In this document: piece after piece, positions 1 through 8,493 of the stretch | Layout of the letters: every line of letters begins with the position of its first letter | Numbering within the stretch: position 1 is the first letter of the stretch | Assembly (NCBI GenBank): GCA_041168165.1 | Contig: JBEELK010000153.1 | Coordinates: 1 to 32,000 of the forward strand | Origin: Planctomycetota bacterium | Lineage (GTDB): Bacteria; Planctomycetota; UBA1135; UBA2386 | Direction: 5' to 3' | DNA length: 32,000 nucleotides | Made by a program: the position numbers and the translations under genes | Notes under the pieces: generated by a model | Database searches by the model: none | Told to the model about the DNA's origin: nothing | The model's input: the letters and a program-made list of their open reading frames with translations, nothing else

Positions 1-1320
1 TCAGTCCCGCAACTTCACGCCTTCGCGACGCGCGAGCCACAGGCTGCACACCAGGTCCGACGTGACGTTGGGCACCGTGCGCGTCATGTCGACGAGTCGG
101 TCGACGCCGAGGATCAGCGCCATCATCTCCGGCGGGACGCCAACCTGCGCGAGCACGATCGCGAGCAGCGGCAGCGATCCGCCCGGCACGCCGGCCGCGC
201 CAATCGCGGTCAGCACCGCCATCACGAGCACGAGCAACTGCTGCTGCATGCCGAGTTCGATGCCGGCGACCTGCGCGAGGAACAGCACGCTGACGCCTTC
301 GAACAGCGCAGTGCCGTTCATGTTCATCGTGGCGCCGAGCGGCATCACGAACCCTGCGATCTCCTTGGGCGCGCCAAACTCCTCGACCGCGGTGCGGATC
401 GTCGTCGGCATCGTCGCGTTCGACGAGCTCGTCGAGAACGCGGTCACGAGCAACGTGCGACAACCCGAGTAGAAGCGGCGCGGCGACAAACCCGCGAACA
501 CCTTTGCAAGCAGCGTGATTGCCACGAACTGCCACAGCAACAAACCGCCCATCGCCGTCGCGAGATACCACGCGACGAGCTTCATCACGTCGAAGCCGAG
601 CTTGCTCGTCGCGGTGAAGATCAGGCCGCAAACGCCGAACGGCGCGAGCTGCATCGCCCAACCGAGCACCTTCACGCACAACTCGTAGATCGTCTCCAGC
701 GTGTCGCGCAGCGTCTTGGTCCGCTCCGCAGGCATTCGCGTCGCGGCGGCGCCGAGCAACAGCGCAAAGCAGATGAGGCCAAGGATCGCGCCGTTGTCGG
801 CCGCAGCGGCGACGACGTTCTTGGGCACGATCTCCAGCAGCATGTCGACCATCGACTTGGACTGCGCGCCCTGCGCGATGCGCGCCTGCGCGTCGCCGAG
901 GTACGCCGCCTTCACGCGTTCGAGGCCCTCGGGCGAGATCTGCTTGCCCGGCTCCACGACTCCGACCAAGAACAGCGCGAGCAGGACCGCGCCGCTCGTC
1001 GTCAGCAAGAACCACAGCAGCGTGCGGCCGCCGAGCTTGCCGAGCTTCTCCACGCTGCCGAGGCCTGCGACGCCGAGGAACAGCGAGCAGAACACCACCG
1101 GCACGACGACCATGAACAGGAGGCGCAAGAACAACTGCCCCACCGGATTCGCGACCTTGTCGGCAAACCATTGCACGTTCTTCCACGTGTCGCTCGCCGC
1201 TTCGCCGATCGCCGGCGCGTAGAGCAGATTGAGCGTCACGCCAAGCGCCGCGCCGAGCAGCATGCCGAGAAGGATGCGGGTCGGCAGGGAAAGTCGGCCC
1301 GGGGCAGCAGATGCGTCCAT
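1..1320 (-). CDS. dicarboxylate/amino acid:cation symporter (DAACS, GltP/DctA family)
   Basis: Trimmed from ORF 1..1542. The first 74 codons are Cys/Arg-rich and not membrane-like. ATG at 1318..1320 gives MDASAAPGRLSLPTRILLGMLLGAALG. Many hydrophobic segments plus family motifs SSSNATMPTT, NMNGTALFEG and GVDRLVDMTRTVPNVTSD. Stop codon at 1..3, so the gene is complete. Confidence 0.9.
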   Translation of the reverse strand: MDASAAPGRLSLPTRILLGMLLGAALGVTLNLLYAPAIGEAASDTWKNVQWFADKVANPVGQLFLRLLFMVVVPVVFCSLFLGVAGLGSVEKLGKLGGRTLLWFLLTTSGAVLLALFLVGVVEPGKQISPEGLERVKAAYLGDAQARIAQGAQSKSMVDMLLEIVPKNVVAAAADNGAILGLICFALLLGAAATRMPAERTKTLRDTLETIYELCVKVLGWAMQLAPFGVCGLIFTATSKLGFDVMKLVAWYLATAMGGLLLWQFVAITLLAKVFAGLSPRRFYSGCRTLLVTAFSTSSSNATMPTTIRTAVEEFGAPKEIAGFVMPLGATMNMNGTALFEGVSVLFLAQVAGIELGMQQQLLVLVMAVLTAIGAAGVPGGSLPLLAIVLAQVGVPPEMMALILGVDRLVDMTRTVPNVTSDLVCSLWLARREGVKLRD

Positions 1321-1367
1321 CTGCGCATTCCGCCCCAGCGAGCCACGTTGTGCAAGAGTGCGCAGCG

Positions 1368-1382
1368 AATGCCCAGGGCATT
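1368..1382. promoter_or_regulatory. 15-nt perfect palindrome AATGCCC-A-GGGCATT in a divergent intergenic region
   Basis: Read directly from the sequence. It lies in the 118-bp gap between the divergent starts at 1320 (-) and 1439 (+). Candidate operator; no known motif recognised. Confidence 0.25.
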
Positions 1383-1438
1383 GGCGCATCGTCGAGAGAC
1401 CGGCAGACTGTTGCCCTCTCCCTGCGCCACGAGGTCCC

Positions 1439-2359
1439 ATGCACCAGATCCTCTCGCTGCTGATTGCCGTGATCGCGCTCGTTGCGAGCCCATCGTCGTC
1501 GCGCGCCCAGCAACTCTGGCACTCGCAGAACGACACCAACACCTACGGCAACCTCGCGGTCGGCTGGCCCGCCGCGGTGCTCGGCTTCCGCTTCACGGCG
1601 CCGAGCGCGGCCACCGTGACTGCGGCGCAGGTGTTCACCGGCAACTCGACGCCCGACCTGCACACGCTCGAACTGCGCGCGCACGACCCGGTCACGGGGT
1701 TGCCCGGCGTGCTGCTCGGACCCGCCGGTTCATGGAGCTTGCAGCACACGCGCAGCTTCCAAGGCCCACTGTTCCCGCAACCGATCGCGCTCAGCGGCGG
1801 CCAGGACTATTGGCTCGTGTGGCGCGTGCTCGGCATGTTCCCGCAACACTCCGTCGCCGCGGACTCGCCGAGCAACACGATCAGCGAAGTGCGCGTCAAC
1901 GACGGCACGTCGTGGTTTGCAGTGGCCAACCTCGCCGCCAAGTTCCGCCTGTTCACGCAACACGCATACGGAACGTCCACGACGCTCGGCGTCGGGAAGC
2001 CCGGCCAATACGGGATCCCGTCGATCGCCGCATCCGCGTGGCCCGCGGTCGGCAGCCCGCTCGACATCACGATCGACAACTGTGCGCGGCGCCAACCGTC
2101 GCTGCTGCTGCTGGGCCTGCCCATTCCGTCAGGAATCCCGATCGGCATCGGCACGCTCTACACGACCGCGGACACGTCGCTGTTTCTCACGACCAACCTG
2201 CAGAACAACCCAACGAGCGGCGGCGCGGCGGTGACGTTCTTCGTGCCCAATGACCCCGGCCTCGCCAACGTGCCGGTCGCGTTCCAATGGGCCGTCGTCG
2301 ATCCGCTCGCGCAAGACAGTCTGTCGCACACCGCAGGCCTGCAAGTCGTGCTGCAGTAG
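1439..2359 (+). CDS. secreted hypothetical protein, paralogue A of a three-member family in this window
   Basis: ORF 1229..2359 trimmed to ATG 1439, where a classical signal peptide begins (MHQILSLLIAVIALVASPSSSRAQQ). No named family recognised. The C-terminal ~120 aa share a module with 10507..11643 and 25429..26523 (GGAAVTFFVPNDPGLANVPVAFQWAVVDPLAQDSLSHTAGLQVVLQ). Confidence 0.6.
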   Translation: MHQILSLLIAVIALVASPSSSRAQQLWHSQNDTNTYGNLAVGWPAAVLGFRFTAPSAATVTAAQVFTGNSTPDLHTLELRAHDPVTGLPGVLLGPAGSWSLQHTRSFQGPLFPQPIALSGGQDYWLVWRVLGMFPQHSVAADSPSNTISEVRVNDGTSWFAVANLAAKFRLFTQHAYGTSTTLGVGKPGQYGIPSIAASAWPAVGSPLDITIDNCARRQPSLLLLGLPIPSGIPIGIGTLYTTADTSLFLTTNLQNNPTSGGAAVTFFVPNDPGLANVPVAFQWAVVDPLAQDSLSHTAGLQVVLQ

Positions 2360-2388
2360 CGGCCGCGGAGTCGCGGCGAAGCTCGCTG

Positions 2389-3300
2389 CTACTTCTTGCC
2401 GGCCTTGGCGTGCTCGAGCAGCAGGCGATTGCGCTCGCGCAGTTGCGGCGGAGCCTTCTGGTCCGACAACGCGTCGAACGCGAGCTGTCCAAGCGCCGCA
2501 TCGCCGTTCTTGGCGGCGTGATTGAGCGCCATTTGCCAGAAGAACTGCGCGCCGTCTGGCGAGGGCCGTCGGCCCGCGCGCGCGAGTTCTGCAATCTTGT
2601 CCGCCACTGCGTCGACGCCGAGTTCGCGAGTCTTGGTGCGCAGCTCGCGCACTTCGAGGTCGACGAGCGCTTGCTCGATGCGCGCGCCTTCTGCCTCATC
2701 AAGCTCGACGTTCTTTCTGCGCTCCAAAATCTGCGCGCGCGTCAGCAGACCCAACTCGACCTCGCACATCAGCAGTCGCCGAATCGCGTCCTCATCGCCC
2801 TCGCCCGCAAGCTCGCGCAATTGCTCCAACTCGCCGAGCCGTGACGCAACCGCGGCAAGACCCGCCACGTCGCGCTGCGGCGCGCGCACGGTCACGTTGC
2901 CGTCTGCGTCCATGAAGCACAGCGTCGGATACGAAACGAAGCCTTTCTCGCGAAGAAGGTGCGGGTTTGCATCGCCCTCGACATGGGACGTGCAGTGCAC
3001 GAACAAAACCACCGACTTGGCGAACTCGACGAACTCCGGCGATGACAACAGGCCGCTCTCGATCGCGTCGCACGGACCGCACTGCGCGTAGCTGCGCGTG
3101 AAGTAGGCGAGTATCGGCTTGCCTGTTTTGGCGGACTTGTCCATCGCGGCCTCGAAGTCCGCAGTCCACTCCGCGCGGCCGAAGACCGTCTTGCTGAGCT
3201 TCTCTTCGCGCATCGCAACGAGCTGCTCCTGCGACTTGACCTGGGCAGGCGCGGCGGCGCAAAGGGCAGCGAGGCAGACGGCGAGGCGCGAGAACTTCAT
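2389..3300 (-). CDS. secreted thioredoxin-fold protein with C-terminal helical extension
   Basis: Signal peptide MKFSRLAVCLAALCAAAPAQV. Thioredoxin-like core with CxxC motif (ILAYFTRSYAQCGPCDAIE ... YPTLCFMDADGN). The last ~150 aa are charged and helical. Confidence 0.75.
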   Translation of the reverse strand: MKFSRLAVCLAALCAAAPAQVKSQEQLVAMREEKLSKTVFGRAEWTADFEAAMDKSAKTGKPILAYFTRSYAQCGPCDAIESGLLSSPEFVEFAKSVVLFVHCTSHVEGDANPHLLREKGFVSYPTLCFMDADGNVTVRAPQRDVAGLAAVASRLGELEQLRELAGEGDEDAIRRLLMCEVELGLLTRAQILERRKNVELDEAEGARIEQALVDLEVRELRTKTRELGVDAVADKIAELARAGRRPSPDGAQFFWQMALNHAAKNGDAALGQLAFDALSDQKAPPQLRERNRLLLEHAKAGKK

Positions 3301-3398
3301 GATGGCGGTAGCGAGGACGGCGGCATGTGCGCAGCGTGCGCGCGACGCGACGCGACGCCGGCGTTGGCGCGCATCCTCACGCCTCTGTCATCGGAATC

Positions 3399-3923
3399 AT
3401 GCGAAGCCGACCTTCAATACACGCGCTCGTTCTCACAACTGCCGTCGGCATCGGGCAGATCGCTGCGTCGTACGGCTCGATGCCGGATCGAATCGCTTCG
3501 CATTTCAACGCCGCGGGAAGCGTGGATGGCTGGTCGAGCCGTCCAGCGTTCGCCGCGACGATGACGGCGCTGCATGGCGTGTTCTTCTTGATGTTCTTCG
3601 CGGCTCGGCCGCTCCTCTTGCGCACACCGGACGCGCTCATCAACCTTCCGCACAAGGAGTGGTGGCTCGCACCCGAACGGCGCGAAGCGACCAAGGCCTG
3701 GATCGCCGACCAGCTCGCGTGGATCGGCGCCATGGCGCAAGCGCTGATGGCTTGCGCGACGCGCATTTCGCTGTGTGCCAGTCGCGGCGAAGAACACGCG
3801 CTTCCAGGCTGGACGCACTGGGTGCTTATTGGCGGCTTCTTGCTCGGCACAGCTGCTTGGGTCGCCAAACTGCTCCATCACTTTCGGCTTCCAGCGAACG
3901 CTCGCGGCGAGAAGCAACGGTGA
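3399..3923 (+). CDS. DUF1648 (SdpI-like N-terminal domain) membrane protein
   Basis: ORF 3327..3923 trimmed to ATG 3399. DUF1648-type motif MPDRIASHFNAAGSVDGWSSRP, followed by several hydrophobic helices. Confidence 0.65.
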   Translation: MRSRPSIHALVLTTAVGIGQIAASYGSMPDRIASHFNAAGSVDGWSSRPAFAATMTALHGVFFLMFFAARPLLLRTPDALINLPHKEWWLAPERREATKAWIADQLAWIGAMAQALMACATRISLCASRGEEHALPGWTHWVLIGGFLLGTAAWVAKLLHHFRLPANARGEKQR

Positions 3924-3985
3924 GTATCGCGCTTCGTCGATCGCCCACTTGCGGCGCACAACCGAGCTTCGCACGATCCATCGCC

Positions 3986-4504
3986 GTGAACCGCACCCTC
4001 GCTGCATTCCTCGCTGCCATCGCGCTCGTTGCCTGCGCGCAATCGCCGAGCCCCGCGCCACAAGATGACCCTGCGTCGCTGCCGACGCTGACGCCGCTCT
4101 ACGAAGACTGCGACTTCGCTGCGCCGCTCGTGCCTGGGATCCCCGGCAGCCCAGGGCATCCGATCAAGTCGTCGCGCAACCCCAACGGCGACAGCGAACT
4201 GTCCTACGTGATGCGCCAAATGGCCGACGACCTCGCTGCCGCGCGCTCCGCAATGCAGTCTGGCGGCGTGCCCAAGACTCTGATGCCGATCCACCGTCGC
4301 ATTCGCTGCAGCTGGGCGAGCAAGCCCGAAGAGCGCAACGAGACGTTCGACGGCATGGCGAAGGCATACCTCGCCTCCGTCAAGGCATTCGACGAAGCGC
4401 CGTCGAAGCAGGCCTACAACGCAATGGTGCAGGGCTGCGTGAGCTGCCACTCGATGACGTGCCGCGGCCCGATCGACATGATCGAGCAGCTGATCTGGCG
4501 CTGA
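3986..4504 (+). CDS. lipoprotein, putative mono-haem c-type cytochrome
   Basis: C-terminal part of six-frame ORF 3119..4504. In-frame GTG at 3986 gives MNRTLAAFLAAIALVACAQ, a lipoprotein signal with lipobox LVAC. A single CxxCH (CVSCH) lies ~20 aa from the C-terminus, as in class II cytochromes c. An alternative GTG at 3920 forms a GTGA overlap with the upstream stop. Confidence 0.6.
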   Translation: MNRTLAAFLAAIALVACAQSPSPAPQDDPASLPTLTPLYEDCDFAAPLVPGIPGSPGHPIKSSRNPNGDSELSYVMRQMADDLAAARSAMQSGGVPKTLMPIHRRIRCSWASKPEERNETFDGMAKAYLASVKAFDEAPSKQAYNAMVQGCVSCHSMTCRGPIDMIEQLIWR

Positions 4505-4516
4505 AGCAACGCGCGG

Positions 4517-6661
4517 TCAGTCGCGTGAGCCGTTCGCGTAGGCGTCGATGACGCGCTTGAGATCGGAACGCTGCATCGGCTTGGTGACGAAGTCGTCCAT
4601 GCCCGCGGATTCGCATCGCTGCTCGAAGTCCGAGCCGGCATTAGCGGTCAACGCGACGATCGCGACGCGCTCCTTGCCGCGCTGCTGCTCGTACTCACGA
4701 ATGCGCCGCGCAGCTTCCGGCCCGTCGAGCCCAGGCATCTGATAGTCCATCAGCACGAGGTCGAAGTCGCGCGCAGCGCACTGCGTCACCGCGTCGACGC
4801 CATCGCTCGCAATCGTCACTTCGCAACCCAACCGCTTCAGCATCGCCTCGACCACGCGCTGATTGATCTCGTTGTCGTCAGCAACGAGCACTCGCGGGGC
4901 GTTTCGTTTCTGCAGCGACTTGCTTGCCTGAGTGCTCGAGCGACGCGATCCGTCGTCTGCAATGCCGCAGAGTTCTTGCAAGCAACCGAGCATCGCGCCG
5001 CGGCGCACTTGGGCCGGCAACCTGCGCACCGCGAACGCGAGCCCGTCGCCAAGCTTCGCGCCACCGAGCAGCAGCACTGGAATCGACGAGCCCGCGAGCG
5101 CCGCAACGTGCTGCGCCGCTTCCTCGTCGTTGCGCGGCGCGAGCGCAATGAGTTCCGGCTTGCCTGGGCCGGACACCGCTTGCCGAAGCTCTTCGGACGA
5201 ACGCGCGCGCAACACCAACGCCAAGTAGTCCTCGAGCACGCGCGATCCCAACTGCATGCGCTCGGCGTCGTCGCCGACAAGCAGCACCGGGCGGCCGCGC
5301 AAACCCGCCGCGCTGGCCATTGCGACGCGCTGGTCCTCGCTGACGCGCGGCAACCGCATCGTGAATGTGAACGTCGTACCCTTGCCCGGCGTGCTCGCCA
5401 CCGAGATCACGCCGCCCATCATCTCGACCAACCGCTTGCAGATCGCGAGTCCAAGGCCAGTGCCGCCGTACTTGCGCGTCGTCGAGACGTCCGCTTGCAC
5501 GAACGCAGCAAACAGCCGGACGCGATCCTTCTCGCGAATGCCGATGCCCGTGTCCTCCACGGTGCAACGGACCATGTCGCGCGCGCTGTCGTCCATGCCG
5601 ACACGAAGTGTGACGCTGCCGGACGGCGTGAACTTCACGGCGTTCGACAGCAGGTTCATCACCACCTGGCGAAGCCGCATCGGATCGCCCACGACCATGC
5701 GATCGAGAGCCGGATCGACCTCCATGCGCAACTCGATGCCGCGCTGACGAGCGGCTTCTTCGAACACGCGCACCACCGTCTCGGCTTCCGCCTCAAGGTC
5801 GAATGGCATCGACTCGATTTCGATCTTGCCGACCTCGATCTTGCTGTAATCGAGCACGTCGTTGATTAGGTCGAGCAACATCTCGCCTGACTTGCGCACC
5901 GTCTGCAGCAACTCGCGTTGCTCATCAGAAAGCGAAGTCTCCAGCAGCAGTTCCGACGCGCCCAACACTGCGTTCATCGGCGTACGGATCTCATGGCTGA
6001 CGACCGCGAGGAACTCGCCCTTCGTCGCCGCGGCTCGCTCCGCAGCCTGCACCGCTGCGCGCAATTCGTCGGTGCGCGACGCGACGCGCGCTTCGAGCTC
6101 GCTGTGGCTGCGCGCAATCGTGTCGAGCATCGTGTTGATGCTCTCGGCCACCACCGTCAGCTCATCGCGTCCGCCGACGCTGCATCGATGCGAGTGATCG
6201 CCGCCACTTACGTGCTGGCTCACCTGCACGAGGTTGCCGAGGCGATCGAGCAGGATGCGACGATGCGCGAAGCGAACCGCAGCAACGACAAACAGCGCCA
6301 TGCCGAGCAGCGTCAGTCCGGCGCCGATCTGGATCTCGCGCGTCGCCTGCTCCGCCTGCACTTCGGCGTCGACGCGAATCGCATACAGGTCACGGTCGTA
6401 GACCAACTCGGTGCGTCGCAGCGCAGCGGAGCGCTCTGGCTCCGCCAATCGCGCCACCGAGTCGCGCTCTTGTCGATAGTGGCGGTCGATCCACGCCGTG
6501 CGCTGGTGCTGGTCGTGTTCGATGCGACCTTGCTCGGCGCGAATCAACAACACAACGCCGAGCAAGAACGGCAGCATCAGCGCGAGCAACGTCACGCCCA
6601 AGAGGCGCACGGAAACGCGCCGCAAGAAGCCAGACCGAAGCATCGACGCGAGCTCGAACAT
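4517..6661 (-). CDS. hybrid sensor histidine kinase (2 TM, HAMP, HisKA, HATPase_c, degenerate REC-like, REC)
   Basis: H-box FLAVVSHEIRTPMN. ATPase motifs GTGLGLAICKRLVEMMGG. C-terminal receiver RVLVADDNEINQ...DLVLMDYQMPGLDG...TKP. An intervening REC-like segment (PVLLVGDD...ELIALAP) lacks the phospho-acceptor Asp. Confidence 0.9.
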   Translation of the reverse strand: MFELASMLRSGFLRRVSVRLLGVTLLALMLPFLLGVVLLIRAEQGRIEHDQHQRTAWIDRHYRQERDSVARLAEPERSAALRRTELVYDRDLYAIRVDAEVQAEQATREIQIGAGLTLLGMALFVVAAVRFAHRRILLDRLGNLVQVSQHVSGGDHSHRCSVGGRDELTVVAESINTMLDTIARSHSELEARVASRTDELRAAVQAAERAAATKGEFLAVVSHEIRTPMNAVLGASELLLETSLSDEQRELLQTVRKSGEMLLDLINDVLDYSKIEVGKIEIESMPFDLEAEAETVVRVFEEAARQRGIELRMEVDPALDRMVVGDPMRLRQVVMNLLSNAVKFTPSGSVTLRVGMDDSARDMVRCTVEDTGIGIREKDRVRLFAAFVQADVSTTRKYGGTGLGLAICKRLVEMMGGVISVASTPGKGTTFTFTMRLPRVSEDQRVAMASAAGLRGRPVLLVGDDAERMQLGSRVLEDYLALVLRARSSEELRQAVSGPGKPELIALAPRNDEEAAQHVAALAGSSIPVLLLGGAKLGDGLAFAVRRLPAQVRRGAMLGCLQELCGIADDGSRRSSTQASKSLQKRNAPRVLVADDNEINQRVVEAMLKRLGCEVTIASDGVDAVTQCAARDFDLVLMDYQMPGLDGPEAARRIREYEQQRGKERVAIVALTANAGSDFEQRCESAGMDDFVTKPMQRSDLKRVIDAYANGSRD

Positions 6662-6887
6662 CAGATTCGCAACGCGCTGCGAGCGACGGCGAGATGACGT
6701 CGATGGGATCGCAGCATGAGTCGTGAATCGGCAATCTCGCCAGACCTGCCTGAGCCACAGTGCGCAGAACGAGACGAGCGCATCGGATCCTTGAGTCGTG
6801 CACGATGCAGAAGCCGCGACGGCATGGGCAGAACCCGCCGCAAGCTGTGTCGTCGACTGCTGAGGTGCCGCGACCTAAGTTGTCGCC

Positions 6888-7880
6888 GTGCAACCCGTCT
6901 GCTTCCTCACCGGTGCGAGCGGATTCGTCGGCGCCAACCTTGCGCCGATGCTCGCTGCGCGTTGGCGACTTCGCTGCCTCGTGCGCAAAGGACAAGAGCT
7001 GCCGCACTTGCGCGGCATCGAGCACGAGCGCATCGAGGGCTCGCTCGACGAAGCCGATGACGACGCGCTGCGCCTCGGCGTGCACGGCGCTGACGTCGTC
7101 GTGCACCTTGCGGCGATCGTCTCGTTTCGCCGCGAGGAACGCGCATCGATGCAGACGATCAACGTCGACGCGACCGAGCGCCTGTGCCAACACGCGCTCG
7201 CCGCGCGCGTTCGCAGGTTCTTGCACATGTCGACGATCTCCGCGGTCGGCTACTCAGACGGCCAAGACTTCCTCGACGAAGCATCGCCCTACAACTTCGG
7301 CCCGCTCGACATCGGCTACTGCGACACGAAGCGCGCTGGCGAAGATGCGGTGCGGGCCGCGGCAGCGCGCGGCCTCGACGCGGTGATCGTCAATCCGCCG
7401 TCGATGTATGGCGCAGGCGATCGCCGCAAGTCCGATGGATCGCTGATGGAAGCGTTGCTGAAGGGGCGCATTCGCTTTGCGCCGCCGGGTGGCATCAACG
7501 TCGCCAACGTGCTCGATGTCTGCCGCGGCTGCATCCAAGCAATCGACCGCGGCCGTAGCGGCGAGCGCTACATCCTCGGCGGAGAGAACCTGACGGGCCG
7601 CCAACTGTTCGCGCGCATCGCCAAGGTCGCCGGCACCTCGGCGCCGCGATGGTCGCCGCCGAGTTTCCTCGTGCGCAGCGCCGCCCGGATCGTGCGCGCG
7701 CTCGAAGCCGTTCGCGGCTCGAGACCGCCGCTGACGAGCGAGATCCTGCGCCTTGCGCCTCGCTACCTCTGGTACTCGAGCGAGAAGGCGGCAGTCGAAC
7801 TTGAGTATCGACCGGGCTCCGTCGACCGCGGCATCGAGGCGGCGCTCGCAGAGTTGCGCGCGCGCGTCGCGGATCGCTGA
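6888..7880 (+). CDS. NAD-dependent epimerase/dehydratase (extended SDR, HpnA/DFR-like)
   Basis: GTG start. Rossmann motif LTGASGFVGANL and catalytic YxxxK (YCDTK). Length and overall pattern are typical of sugar epimerase/reductase SDRs. Confidence 0.85.
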   Translation: MQPVCFLTGASGFVGANLAPMLAARWRLRCLVRKGQELPHLRGIEHERIEGSLDEADDDALRLGVHGADVVVHLAAIVSFRREERASMQTINVDATERLCQHALAARVRRFLHMSTISAVGYSDGQDFLDEASPYNFGPLDIGYCDTKRAGEDAVRAAAARGLDAVIVNPPSMYGAGDRRKSDGSLMEALLKGRIRFAPPGGINVANVLDVCRGCIQAIDRGRSGERYILGGENLTGRQLFARIAKVAGTSAPRWSPPSFLVRSAARIVRALEAVRGSRPPLTSEILRLAPRYLWYSSEKAAVELEYRPGSVDRGIEAALAELRARVADR

Positions 7881-8044
7881 CGAGAGCAACGACGGGGCAG
7901 CAACGCGCCATCTGCTCGTGCGCGTGCGGATTTCGGAAGTCGTGCGTCACCAAACGACGGATCGGCGCATTTACCCGCTGCGACCGCGAAGCGCCGAGGG
8001 ACGGCGCGCGCCGGGATCGCAGAAGGCCAAGAGGAGAGCTCACG

Positions 8045-8473
8045 ATGTCCGTTCGCTTGATCCCGTTGTTGTCCGCTGTTCTCGTCGCTGGGATGGCCCA
8101 AGCACAGAACGCGTGCCCCAAGACCAAGGCCGTCGAAGTGCCCGCGCGCACCACGCTGGGAGTCGCGCGCGCTTGCGACTCCGGTTTCCAACTCGACGTG
8201 CAGGGCCTGTCGCTGCAAGGCGCGCGCAAGGAGTGCCCGCTGTGCGTCGTCGTGACGCCGACTCACCACGAGGCCGTCGCGAGCAAGGAGGCGACGTTCG
8301 CGGACAACTACGCGATGGTCAGCGAGCAGATCGTCTACTTCGACTGCACGCCGCACTGGTTCTTGCTCTTCAACCTCAACAGCACGTGCGACCTGCGTTC
8401 GATCGTCAACGCGAGCGCGCTGCCGCTGATGACGACCAAGGGGTGCATCGACGCTGCATTCTCGGCCCTTTGA
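8045..8473 (+). CDS. small secreted cysteine-rich hypothetical protein
   Basis: ATG preceded by GAGGAGAG. Signal peptide MSVRLIPLLSAVLVAGMAQAQ. Seven Cys in the mature part (including CPLC). No family recognised. Confidence 0.6.
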   Translation: MSVRLIPLLSAVLVAGMAQAQNACPKTKAVEVPARTTLGVARACDSGFQLDVQGLSLQGARKECPLCVVVTPTHHEAVASKEATFADNYAMVSEQIVYFDCTPHWFLLFNLNSTCDLRSIVNASALPLMTTKGCIDAAFSAL

Positions 8474-8493
8474 TCCGAGGCGGAGCACGAGCC

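Noticed and set aside
3119-4504. A single 461-aa protein, as listed in the ORF track
   Set aside because: Only the last 172 codons look like a protein (lipoprotein signal plus CxxCH). The upstream part is Arg-rich and overlaps the thioredoxin-like and DUF1648 genes. The same reasoning was used to trim the N-termini of ORFs 1..1542, 1229..2359, 7753..9996, 10507..11793, 11916..13634, 13127..14836, 16545..17705, 21200..22114, 21643..23928 and 28214..29980.
6717-6800. 9-nt direct repeat TGAGTCGTG (6717..6725 and 6792..6800) in the kinase/epimerase divergent region
   Set aside because: A single 9-mer repeated once within ~230 bp is not clearly beyond chance, and it has no palindromic character or known motif.
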